From: Candidatus Latescibacterota bacterium
Lineage (GTDB): Bacteria > Latescibacterota > UBA2968
Assembly (NCBI GenBank): GCA_965204375.1
Contig: OZ241986.1
Location: 2,048,001 to 2,112,000, forward strand
DNA: 64,000 nucleotides
Direction of reading: 5' to 3'
Of the stretch, positions 1 to 7,878 are shown in pieces. The position numbers were made by a program, and so were the translations under genes. The first letter of the stretch is position 1; every line of letters begins with the position of its first letter. Under the pieces are notes generated by a model. That model had not been told where the DNA came from and searched no databases. It saw nothing but the letters and a program-made list of their open reading frames with translations.

Positions 1-21
1 AACAGGAGTAAAAAAGAAAAC

Positions 22-1536
22 ATGAACCATCAAATCCAACAAAAAGACATCAACAACGCTGCCTGGGCTGCCTGCGACACCTTTCGCGGAGTGATGGATG
101 CCGCCGGATATAAGGACTACATTCTCGTAATGTTGTTCCTGAAATACATTTCCGATGTCTGGAAAGACCACTACGAGGAATATGAAAAAAGATACGGCGA
201 CAACGATGAACGCATCCGGCGCAGGCTGAGGAATGAGCGTTTTGTTTTGCCGGATGGCAGTAGCTTTTACAGCCTCTATGAACAACGCTCGGCTCCCAAT
301 ATCGGCGAACTCATCAACATTGCGCTGGAGGAGATTGAAACGGAAAACAAACAGAAATTGGAAGGCGTTTTTCGCAATATAGATTTCAATAGTGAGACAA
401 ATCTCGGCAGGACCAGAGACCGCAACCGCCGCCTGAAAACACTGCTGGAAGATTTCAACAAACCCGAATTGAATATGAGTCCCAGACGGGTTTCAGAGGA
501 TGTGATTGGCAACACGTACATCTACCTGATTGAACGTTTCGCATCTGACGCGGGCAAAAAAGCCGGCGAGTTCTACACGCCACACAAGGTATCCGAACTG
601 GTAGCAAAACTGTGCGCTCCCAAACCCGGCGCCCGCATCTGTGACCCCGCCTGCGGGTCTGCGGGTCTTCTCATTGAAGCCGCGCGTGTAGTAGGCGACA
701 AAAACTACGCCCTTTATGGAATGGAAGTGAACGGTAGCACCTGGGCGTTGGCGCGTATGAATATGTTTCTGCATGGAGCCGATGCAGCCCGCATTGAATG
801 GTGCAACACACTCACTGCCCCGGCACTCGTAGAATCCGACCGGCTGATGAAATTCGACAATGTGGTCGCCAATCCCCCGTTTTCGCTTAATAAGTGGGGC
901 GCGGAAGATGCCGAGGCAGACATATACAACCGCTTCTGGCGCAGTTTACCTCCCAAATCCAAGGGCGACTATGCGTTTATCAGCCACATGGTGGAAGCGG
1001 CTTTGGAAAAACAGGGACGGGTTTCTGTTGTGGTCCCACACGGCGTTTTGTTCCGGGGCGGTGCTGAAGGGCGCATTCGCCAGCAACTCATCGAAGAAAA
1101 CTTGCTCGACGCTGTCATTGGCTTGCCGGGCAATCTATTCCCCACGACCTCAATACCAGTCGCCATTCTGGTCTTTGACCGCTCGCGTGAATACGGGGGC
1201 GCGAATGAGAACCGCAAAGATGTCTTGTTCATTGATGCAAGCCGCGAATATCAGGCCAGCAAGAATCAAAATGCATTGCTGGACGAACACATCGAGAAAA
1301 TCACCAACACTTATACCAAACGCCAGGATATGGACAAATATGCCCACCTCGCCACCTTTGAAGAAATTGAGGAAAATGACTTCAATTTAAACATTCCGCG
1401 TTATGTAGATACCTTTGAAGAAGAAGAGGAGATTGATATTGATGCCGTGCAGCTTGAGATAAACCAACTGGAAGAGGAGTTGAGTGTGGTGCGGGGAGAG
1501 ATGGGAAGATTAATGGAGGGAATAAAACGAGCATGA
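22..1536 (+). CDS. hsdM: Type I restriction-modification methyltransferase subunit M
   Basis: 504 aa; GEFYTP, SAM motif DPACGSAG, N6-MTase motif NPPF, C-terminal NLNIPRY; RBS AGGAG at 4-8. Confidence 0.97.
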   Translation: MNHQIQQKDINNAAWAACDTFRGVMDAAGYKDYILVMLFLKYISDVWKDHYEEYEKRYGDNDERIRRRLRNERFVLPDGSSFYSLYEQRSAPNIGELINIALEEIETENKQKLEGVFRNIDFNSETNLGRTRDRNRRLKTLLEDFNKPELNMSPRRVSEDVIGNTYIYLIERFASDAGKKAGEFYTPHKVSELVAKLCAPKPGARICDPACGSAGLLIEAARVVGDKNYALYGMEVNGSTWALARMNMFLHGADAARIEWCNTLTAPALVESDRLMKFDNVVANPPFSLNKWGAEDAEADIYNRFWRSLPPKSKGDYAFISHMVEAALEKQGRVSVVVPHGVLFRGGAEGRIRQQLIEENLLDAVIGLPGNLFPTTSIPVAILVFDRSREYGGANENRKDVLFIDASREYQASKNQNALLDEHIEKITNTYTKRQDMDKYAHLATFEEIEENDFNLNIPRYVDTFEEEEEIDIDAVQLEINQLEEELSVVRGEMGRLMEGIKRA

Positions 1537-2003
1537 GCAAGAAATCCTCAAAAGATCTGACGATTCGCAGCAGCACAGCGAAATTTCTGATCTTTACCAA
1601 CCAAGCCGGTGAAGATAGTATCGAAGTGCGTTACCAGGATGAAACCATCTGGCTAACACAAAAACTCATGGCTGAGTTATTTTCCGTTGATCGCTCAGTT
1701 ATTACAAAGCACTTGCAAAATATCTTTAATGACAACGAGTTAGATCAGGATTCAGTATGTGCACGTTTTGCACATACTGCCGCTGACGGTAAAAATTACA
1801 ATACTCAGTTTTACAATCTGGACGCCATTATTTCCGTTGGTTATCGCGTAAACTCCAGGCGCGCCACGCAATTCCGCCAATGGGCAACCCGGGTTCTGCG
1901 GATAATATTGGACGAGCAAAAACCTATTTGCAAAATTACAAGGAGACCCAACGATGAGAAAAATGAGAAATTATCGCGACTACTTAATCGAAGGGCTTTC
2001 TGA
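1533..2003 (+). pseudogene. rhuM: RhuM-family protein, 3'-truncated (similarity ends near 1900)
   Basis: ETIWLTQKLMAELF and YNLDAIISVGYRVNSRRATQFRQWAT are RhuM-family motifs; after ATRVLR the ORF runs out of frame through a toxin remnant; about half the usual RhuM length. Confidence 0.8.
1901..1957 (+). pseudogene. 3' remnant of a RelE/HigB-type toxin gene
   Basis: Reads DNIGRAKTYLQNYKETQR*, which aligns with the C-terminus RDIARAKAYWLEYKEAQR* of the intact toxin at 2317-2652; same ATGA overlap with the following antitoxin. Confidence 0.85.
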
Positions 2004-2280
2004 CTTTGGGGAGGCCATCTCCTACCTGCAAGTCTCACTGGAAGAATACCAAAAAGACGGGTATGGCGATGTCCTGTATCTTGCTTATGAGACGGCGATT
2101 AAAGCGCAAGGCGGTACGCGAGAATTTGCGCGAAAGACGCATAGCAATCCTCAAGATGTGGAGAATGCCCTGTCAAACAAAGACGAGACGCTGATTGCGG
2201 ACATCATCGCCCAACTGCCCACGGCACAATGCGAGATTTCTGAAACAGAGACCGAAAAATCGCAGGCGGTCGAGACCTGA
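1954..2280 (+). CDS. Addiction-module antidote / HigA-like antitoxin, copy 1 (orphan)
   Basis: 108 aa; YL..LEE..DG...L.LA...A.KAQGG..E.ARKT pattern; paralog of 2649-2969. Confidence 0.8.
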   Translation: MRKMRNYRDYLIEGLSDFGEAISYLQVSLEEYQKDGYGDVLYLAYETAIKAQGGTREFARKTHSNPQDVENALSNKDETLIADIIAQLPTAQCEISETETEKSQAVET

Positions 2281-2316
2281 AATTGCACCCTGAACCAGGC
2301 AAAGGGCAGATAGAGA

Positions 2317-2652
2317 ATGCTTGCCACGCAACCGAGAAAACTGCAAATTTACCAGCGTTCAAATGGGCGAGAACCTTTCACCGAATGGCTGGAATCACGA
2401 AATCAAAAGACGCAGGAACGAATCCAGGCCCGACTTGACCGGCTTGTGGGCGGCAATTTTGGTGATTGTGAATCTATTGGTCAAGGTATCTTTGAAATTC
2501 GTCTCCATTTCGGTGCAGGCTATCGAATCTATTTTGGTGAAGTAGATAACACAATCGTCCTTCTGCTTTGTGGTGGCGACAAGTCCTCACAGAATCGAGA
2601 CATTGCACGCGCAAAAGCCTATTGGCTGGAATACAAGGAGGCCCAACGATGA
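2317..2652 (+). CDS. RelE/ParE-superfamily toxin (addiction-module killer, HigB-like)
   Basis: PFTEWL, RLDRL..GNFGD, EIRLHFGAGYRIYF, LLLCGGDKSSQ.RDI..AK motifs. Confidence 0.93.
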   Translation: MLATQPRKLQIYQRSNGREPFTEWLESRNQKTQERIQARLDRLVGGNFGDCESIGQGIFEIRLHFGAGYRIYFGEVDNTIVLLLCGGDKSSQNRDIARAKAYWLEYKEAQR

Positions 2653-2969
2653 GACAAATGAGAGATTATCGCGATTACTTGATCGAGAAACTTTCTGACT
2701 GCGATAGAGCCATCTCCTATCTTCAAACAGCACTGGAAGAATACGAAATAGATGGAGACAGTGCTGCACTCCACCTCGCATTCAATCAGGCTGTTGAAGC
2801 ACAAGGCGGTGCGCGAGAATTTGCCCGAAAGACGCATAGTAATCCTCAAGACGTGGCGAATGCCCTGTCAAACAAGGACGAGACCCTGATTGCGAACATC
2901 ATCGCTCAACTGCCCGCGACGCAATGCGAGACCTCTGAAACAAAGAAATTGCAGACGGTTAAGACATAA
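2649..2969 (+). CDS. Addiction-module antidote / HigA-like antitoxin, copy 2 (cognate)
   Basis: ATG at 2649 overlaps the toxin stop (ATGA) with RBS AAGGAG upstream; start moved from 2568. Confidence 0.85.
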   Translation: MRQMRDYRDYLIEKLSDCDRAISYLQTALEEYEIDGDSAALHLAFNQAVEAQGGAREFARKTHSNPQDVANALSNKDETLIANIIAQLPATQCETSETKKLQTVKT

Positions 2970-3017
2970 AGCAGGAGGGCAAAAGCGATAAGCAGAAAAG
3001 CGCAAGATGATGTGTTG

Positions 3018-3046
3018 CCTGTCTGTTCCCGCCTCTGGCAGACAGG
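3018..3046. repeat. Short palindrome CCTGTCTG-N13-CAGACAGG
   Basis: Perfect 8-bp inverted repeat in intergenic DNA, directly followed by an inverted copy of the CATCTGCGTC motif. Confidence 0.55.
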
Positions 3047-3071
3047 TGGACGCAGATGAAAAGATTGAAAT

Positions 3072-3293
3072 ATGGATAAAAGACTTTTAGAAAATCCTAC
3101 CGGGATTGTCATCGGAAGCAAAACTTCTGGTGATCGTGCAGCCGGTCTTGTTCAGTTAGTCCAGTCATGGATTGATGAGGGCGATACTGACGAACAGCGG
3201 GAAACACTCGAGTACCTCATTCACGCTTTGGATGAAGACCGACTCTCCAATCGCAAGCTCTTTCCGAAGAAACTGAAAGGAAAGAGTTGGTAA
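3072..3293 (+). CDS. Small hypothetical protein, possible orphan antitoxin
   Basis: 73 aa; W..E.D..EQRETLEYLI.ALDEDRLS.RKLF resembles small proteins I recall upstream of PIN toxins; no toxin follows. Confidence 0.55.
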   Translation: MDKRLLENPTGIVIGSKTSGDRAAGLVQLVQSWIDEGDTDEQRETLEYLIHALDEDRLSNRKLFPKKLKGKSW

Positions 3294-3330
3294 GCCAGAA
3301 GTACTGCACAGTTCTATAAGGGATAACAGA

Positions 3331-4557
3331 ATGACAGTGCAAAATGGACCGTTGCCGAAGGGATGGCGGGAAGTGCGGCTAAATAACGTCGCCTCTATTA
3401 AAACTGGGCCTTTTGGCACACAACTGCATCAGCGCGATTATGTTCAATCTAACGGGACGCCAATAGTCACGGTTGAGCATTTGAGCGAAAGGGGACTCAT
3501 ACATAAAAATTTGCCTTTAGTATCTCATCATGACAAACAAAGATTGAGTCAATATCTCATTCAGGAAGGCGATATTGTTTTTAGCCGCGTTGGATCAGTT
3601 GATCGAAGTGCTTTGGTTTCAAAAGGCGAAGATGGATGGCTTTTTTCAGGTCGTCTATTGCGGGTAAGACCCAAGAAATGTGATGTATATAGCTCATATT
3701 TAAATTACTTTTTTCATACACGAAAATTTAGACACCATATGAAAAGCATTGCGGTTGGTGGAACTATGCCTTCAATAAATACCAGCATATTGAGCAATGT
3801 CATTATTCATCTTCCTTCTCTGGATCAACAAAAAGCCATTGCGTCGTTGCTGGAAAAATGGGACACGGCCATTGAGAAAACCGAAGCACTGATAGAGGCG
3901 AAGGAGAAGCGGTTTAAGTGGTTGCTGAAAACACTCATCAGCGACCAGCAGGATAATCCTGAATGGCAGCAGGTGAAATTGACGGAGGTTGGTGTAATCC
4001 ACTCTGGTGGAACGCCATCAACCCGAGACAGTAGCTACTGGAATGGCGATATTCCCTGGCTCACGCCCTCAGAAGTCACCAGACTATCTGAAAAATACAT
4101 CAATTCTACTGAAAGACATATAACTCAAAAAGGACTTTCCCGTACAACATTACTTCCTGAAAACTGCCTTATTATATGCACCAGAGCCACTATAGGAAAC
4201 TGTTGCATTAACACGGTTCCTATGGCAATCAATCAGGGATTCAAATGTATTCAGCCTTGCAGACGCTATTCAGTCACATTCTTATACTATGCCTTCCTGT
4301 TATTGAAGACACGACTGATAAGATTGTCCTGTGGAAATACATTTGGCGAAGTTTCAAAGAAAGATTTTGCCAATATCCTCATATCCGTTCCGTCTCTATT
4401 TGAACAGAAAACTATTGCTGCACATCTGGACACAGCACAAGAGGAAATATATCTACTCAACCAACTCACCGAACAATACCGCACGCAAAAACGCGGATTG
4501 ATGCAGAAATTGCTGACGGGAGAATGGAGAATCACGCCAAATAAAAGAAAAAATTAA
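3331..4557 (+). CDS. hsdS: Type I R-M specificity subunit S (two TRDs)
   Basis: LPKGWREVRL start, TRD1 (TGPFG), central helical spacer (P..QQKAIA..L..WD..IE), TRD2 (GGTPST), C-terminal KRGLMQKLLTG. Confidence 0.96.
   Translation: MTVQNGPLPKGWREVRLNNVASIKTGPFGTQLHQRDYVQSNGTPIVTVEHLSERGLIHKNLPLVSHHDKQRLSQYLIQEGDIVFSRVGSVDRSALVSKGEDGWLFSGRLLRVRPKKCDVYSSYLNYFFHTRKFRHHMKSIAVGGTMPSINTSILSNVIIHLPSLDQQKAIASLLEKWDTAIEKTEALIEAKEKRFKWLLKTLISDQQDNPEWQQVKLTEVGVIHSGGTPSTRDSSYWNGDIPWLTPSEVTRLSEKYINSTERHITQKGLSRTTLLPENCLIICTRATIGNCCINTVPMAINQGFKCIQPCRRYSVTFLYYAFLLLKTRLIRLSCGNTFGEVSKKDFANILISVPSLFEQKTIAAHLDTAQEEIYLLNQLTEQYRTQKRGLMQKLLTGEWRITPNKRKN
4493..4511 (+). repeat. hsdS 3'-tail core, copy 1 (GCGGATTGATGCAGAAATT)
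   Basis: Identical 19-mer also at 4966-4984 and 5931-5949. Confidence 0.95.
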
Positions 4558-4568
4558 AATGGACTTTT

Positions 4569-4853
4569 ATGGCAGATCAGGAGGATATGATGAGAAATTT
4601 TAGAATTATCGTTGAAAGATATTCCGATGGCTATGTGGGATATCCGCTCGGATTGAAGGGGGTCGTCATTGGGCTAGGAGATACTTATGAAGAGGCATTG
4701 GCAGATGTAAAATCTGCTATTCGGTTTCATATTGAGACGTTTGGTAAAGAAGCGTTTGATGAAGAGATTGTTGACGGGAAAGTGGAGGGTAAAACCAAAT
4801 ACAAAGGCGAGGATGTGAATTTTATACAAAAAGGAGCGACCAGCCTCAAATGA
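4569..4853 (+). CDS. HicB-like antitoxin (no hicA partner)
   Basis: IIVE...DGYVGYP..L.G....GDTYEEALADVKSAI HicB-fold motif; start may be at 4587 or 4590. Confidence 0.8.
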   Translation: MADQEDMMRNFRIIVERYSDGYVGYPLGLKGVVIGLGDTYEEALADVKSAIRFHIETFGKEAFDEEIVDGKVEGKTKYKGEDVNFIQKGATSLK

Positions 4854-4955
4854 GGAGGATTACTGAAAAGGAGCAATCCTCACTGGTCACTAATATGATC
4901 ATGTGCCATTATGCTGCATTTGTCAACCAAGTAAATGCTTAAAACGAAAAAATTA

Positions 4956-5018
4956 ACTCAAAAATGCGGATTGATGCAGAAATTACTCACTGGACAATGG
5001 AGAGTGAGCAGGCAATAA
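4956..5018 (+). pseudogene. Detached hsdS 3'-tail, copy 2
   Basis: Reads TQKCGLMQKLLTGQWRVSRQ* versus HsdS TQKRGLMQKLLTGEWRITPNKRKN*. Confidence 0.92.
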
Positions 5019-5071
5019 AAAGGACATTGTATGAAAAAAATTCCAAAAATTGGATTTATAGGAGATACCAA

Positions 5072-5923
5072 ATGAATTGGAAAGACTACGAAAAAGAAGT
5101 GTATCAATATTTCGCACAGATGTACCCTGAAGCTGAAATTACTTACGATGCGAAAATTACAGGTCTCTATTCAAAAGAAGAACGCCAAGTAGATGTGTTA
5201 ATCGAAGATGAGGTTGCAGGAATGCCAATCAAGATTGCGGTGGATGCAAAGTATTTCTCGCGAAAAGTAGATATTAAATGCGTCGAATCGTTCATCTCAA
5301 TGATAGGAGATATAGGTGCAAATCAGGGGCTATTAATAACTCAAAAAGGATATTCGGACGCAGCAATCAAGCGCGCCCATTATGGACCTGATAAGATCGA
5401 GCTTGATGTGTTAAACTTCGAAGATTTACAAAATCATCAAGGCTTGGGAGCTATCCCTTATTCAGGCGAGAATGCCATATTATTATCTGCCCCTTTTGGT
5501 TGGGTAATCGATAACAAAAGACGACCGGGACTCCTCGCTTGTCTTTATCAACGAGGCTTGGATCTTAAAAAAGCGCAAGAAAATTTAGAATGGATGTATC
5601 TAAATTTTTGGCATAAAGACGAAAAAGCTTCATCTATCGTCAAACTTGTTAAAATGCAAAATAAAAACTTGGAAGCCCGGCATACAAATTTATGTATAAA
5701 CGAACGGCGTTCACCTAAAAGAACTGATAAAAGAAATACATATATTAAAGTAGTTAATTCGGATCAGCTACCTTGTCAAGAAATCACAGGATATATCGAC
5801 TGTGACGAATTTATAGTATTTTTTGTACTGTTTACAAAAAAAGAGTTGGAAAGCAGAAATTTGCGAAAACTCGCATACATTCTTAAATACGCAACCCCAA
5901 CAAAAATTGCTTTCAGAAATTAG
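5072..5923 (+). CDS. Mrr-like PD-(D/E)xK restriction endonuclease with an unknown C-terminal domain
   Basis: MNWKDYEKEV..RQVDVLI..IAVDAK..KVDIKCVESF..GLLITQKGYSDAA; RBS GGAG at 5061; start moved from 4964; AT-rich. Confidence 0.85.
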   Translation: MNWKDYEKEVYQYFAQMYPEAEITYDAKITGLYSKEERQVDVLIEDEVAGMPIKIAVDAKYFSRKVDIKCVESFISMIGDIGANQGLLITQKGYSDAAIKRAHYGPDKIELDVLNFEDLQNHQGLGAIPYSGENAILLSAPFGWVIDNKRRPGLLACLYQRGLDLKKAQENLEWMYLNFWHKDEKASSIVKLVKMQNKNLEARHTNLCINERRSPKRTDKRNTYIKVVNSDQLPCQEITGYIDCDEFIVFFVLFTKKELESRNLRKLAYILKYATPTKIAFRN

Positions 5924-5929
5924 AAGGCA

Positions 5930-6001
5930 AGCGGATTGATGCAGAAATTGCTGACCGGGAAATGGCGAGTTAAGGAGCAGAAAAGGTCATGCAGAACATA
6001 G
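5930..6001 (+). pseudogene. Detached hsdS 3'-tail, copy 3
   Basis: Reads SGLMQKLLTGKWRVKEQKRSCRT*; overlaps the start of the next gene. Confidence 0.92.
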
Positions 6002-7806
6002 ATTTTTCTCAAATTCAGAGCCATAACGGAAGTCAAAGCAAAGGATTTGAAGAACTGGTATGTCAGTTGGCACGTCTCTCGAAACCGGAAAATGCCAAAG
6101 AATTTATTCGCAAAGACGGAGCGGGAGGGGATGCAGGAGTAGAATGCTATTGGAAATTACAGGATGGCTCTGAACAGGCTTGGCAAGCTAAATACTTTCT
6201 AAAACCATTAGGCTCTTCGCAGTGGAATCAGATTTCTGGATCTGTTAAATCTGCGTTAAGTAAACATCCAGATTTAACCAAGTATTATATCTGTTTGCCT
6301 AAAGATAGAAATGATAGCCGTCGATCAAGCACACAAGGCAGGCAGATTACCTCTGAATTGGACAAATGGAACCAGTACGTAGAGAAATGGAAAGCGATAG
6401 CTGCTACGAAATCCATGCAGGTTGAGTTTGAATACTGGGGCGAACATGAAATACTCTTGATGTTGCAAAGGGATACCTGTGATTTTGCTGGCATAGCCAA
6501 GTACTGGTTTGGAACACCAACTCCTCGTCCAACAGATATTTTGCCTTATTGGTATTTACCTACGGACCTTGTTGACCAAAAAATTAAACATGAAACCAAC
6601 CTGACCTTTGTCAGACCTCAAGCCGCGGAGTTGGCGCGGCGGTTAAAAGAACCTCGGCGATTCATTCAAGTCGTATCGGGAGCGAGGCAGGTCGGCAAAA
6701 CAACCCTTGCATTGCAAGTGGCAGACCAGAGCACACTGCCATATCACTTTGCCAGCGCAGATGAACCGACACTTCGTGGCAACGAATGGATTGAATCTCA
6801 ATGGGAAGAGGCCCGATTGCTTGCCACGAGTTCAAAAAGCAAAGGAGCCTTACTCATCTTAGATGAAGTGCAAAAAATTCCACATTGGGCTGAAATGGTC
6901 AAGTACCTTTGGGATGAAGATACCCGAAAAAAAACATTGGTGAAAACAGTATTGCTCGGCTCTGCTCCGATTTTAATCGGGTATGGACTGACAGAAAGCC
7001 TTGCGGGACGTTTTGAAATCCTGCACATGCCACACTGGAGCTTTTCCGAAATACAGGAAGCCTTCGGATGGGATCTGAACCAATATCTCTTTTACGGTGC
7101 CTATCCAGGTGCCGCGCCATTGATAAAACAACCGCTCCGCTGGTCGCGCTACATCATAGACTCTCTCATAGAAACAACTGTCGCACGCGACGTACTTTTG
7201 CTTTCTCGCGTTGACAAACCGGCATTGCTTCGGCGGTTATTTGAACTGGGCTGTGCCTATTCAGGACAAATCCTTTCCTACACAAAAATGATAGGCCAAC
7301 TTCAGGATGCTGGGAACACAACCACACTTGCCCACTACCTCGACCTGCTTTCAGGCGCCGGCGTACTCACCGGATTGCACAAATACGCGGGCGACACAGC
7401 GCGGCGCCGGGGGTCCAGCCCCAAGTTTCAAGTCTTCAACACCGCGTTGATAACCGCACAATCTGACATGACGCAGGCAGAAGCCTTTGCAGACCGCGAA
7501 TTTTGGGGACGCTTAACAGAGTCCGCAGTGGGCGCACACCTGATCAACGCATCCGCTGGCGGTACTTGTGAAGTATTTTATTGGCGGGAGCGCAACCGAG
7601 AAGTGGATTTTGTCTTGCGAAAAGGAAAGAAACTCGTGGCAATAGAAGTAAAAAGCGGGCGCACAACCACTTCGTTCCCTGGCATGGAATCTTTCTCCAA
7701 ATTTTTCAAACCAGGTCGCAGGTTAATCGTCGGTTCCGGTGGCATTTCTCTCGAACGATTTCTCTCAACACCCGTGGAATATTGGATAAATCTATCAAAA
7801 CTATAA
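5989..7806 (+). CDS. Fusion: N-terminal Mrr-like nuclease-type domain + AAA_14 ATPase + DUF4143
   Basis: N-term FEELVCQL..GGDAGVE..WQAKYF; Walker A GARQVGKT; Walker B LILDEVQ; SLAGR; C-term EVDFV..AIEVKSG. Confidence 0.8.
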   Translation: MQNIDFSQIQSHNGSQSKGFEELVCQLARLSKPENAKEFIRKDGAGGDAGVECYWKLQDGSEQAWQAKYFLKPLGSSQWNQISGSVKSALSKHPDLTKYYICLPKDRNDSRRSSTQGRQITSELDKWNQYVEKWKAIAATKSMQVEFEYWGEHEILLMLQRDTCDFAGIAKYWFGTPTPRPTDILPYWYLPTDLVDQKIKHETNLTFVRPQAAELARRLKEPRRFIQVVSGARQVGKTTLALQVADQSTLPYHFASADEPTLRGNEWIESQWEEARLLATSSKSKGALLILDEVQKIPHWAEMVKYLWDEDTRKKTLVKTVLLGSAPILIGYGLTESLAGRFEILHMPHWSFSEIQEAFGWDLNQYLFYGAYPGAAPLIKQPLRWSRYIIDSLIETTVARDVLLLSRVDKPALLRRLFELGCAYSGQILSYTKMIGQLQDAGNTTTLAHYLDLLSGAGVLTGLHKYAGDTARRRGSSPKFQVFNTALITAQSDMTQAEAFADREFWGRLTESAVGAHLINASAGGTCEVFYWRERNREVDFVLRKGKKLVAIEVKSGRTTTSFPGMESFSKFFKPGRRLIVGSGGISLERFLSTPVEYWINLSKL

Positions 7807-7862
7807 TTCATCTGCATTCATCTGCGCCCATCTGCGTCCATCTGCGGATACATCTGCGGATA
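7807..7862 (+). repeat. Degenerate 10-bp tandem repeat (CATCTGCGTC-like, 5 units)
   Basis: CATCTGC at 7809, 7819, 7829, 7839 and 7851; same family at 27444-27487. Confidence 0.9.
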
Positions 7863-7878
7863 AAACAGGAACAAAGCA

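Noticed and set aside
4964-5071. N-terminal extension of the Mrr-like nuclease
   Set aside because: It is the out-of-frame hsdS tail; an RBS supports the ATG at 5072.
3331-6001. Invertible hsdS shufflon
   Set aside because: The repeats are direct, not inverted; there are no silent TRDs and no recombinase in view.
7807-7862. CRISPR array or a coding ORF (7581-7901) over the decamer repeat
   Set aside because: Adjacent degenerate 10-mers without spacers; the ORF is an alternative frame of real genes.
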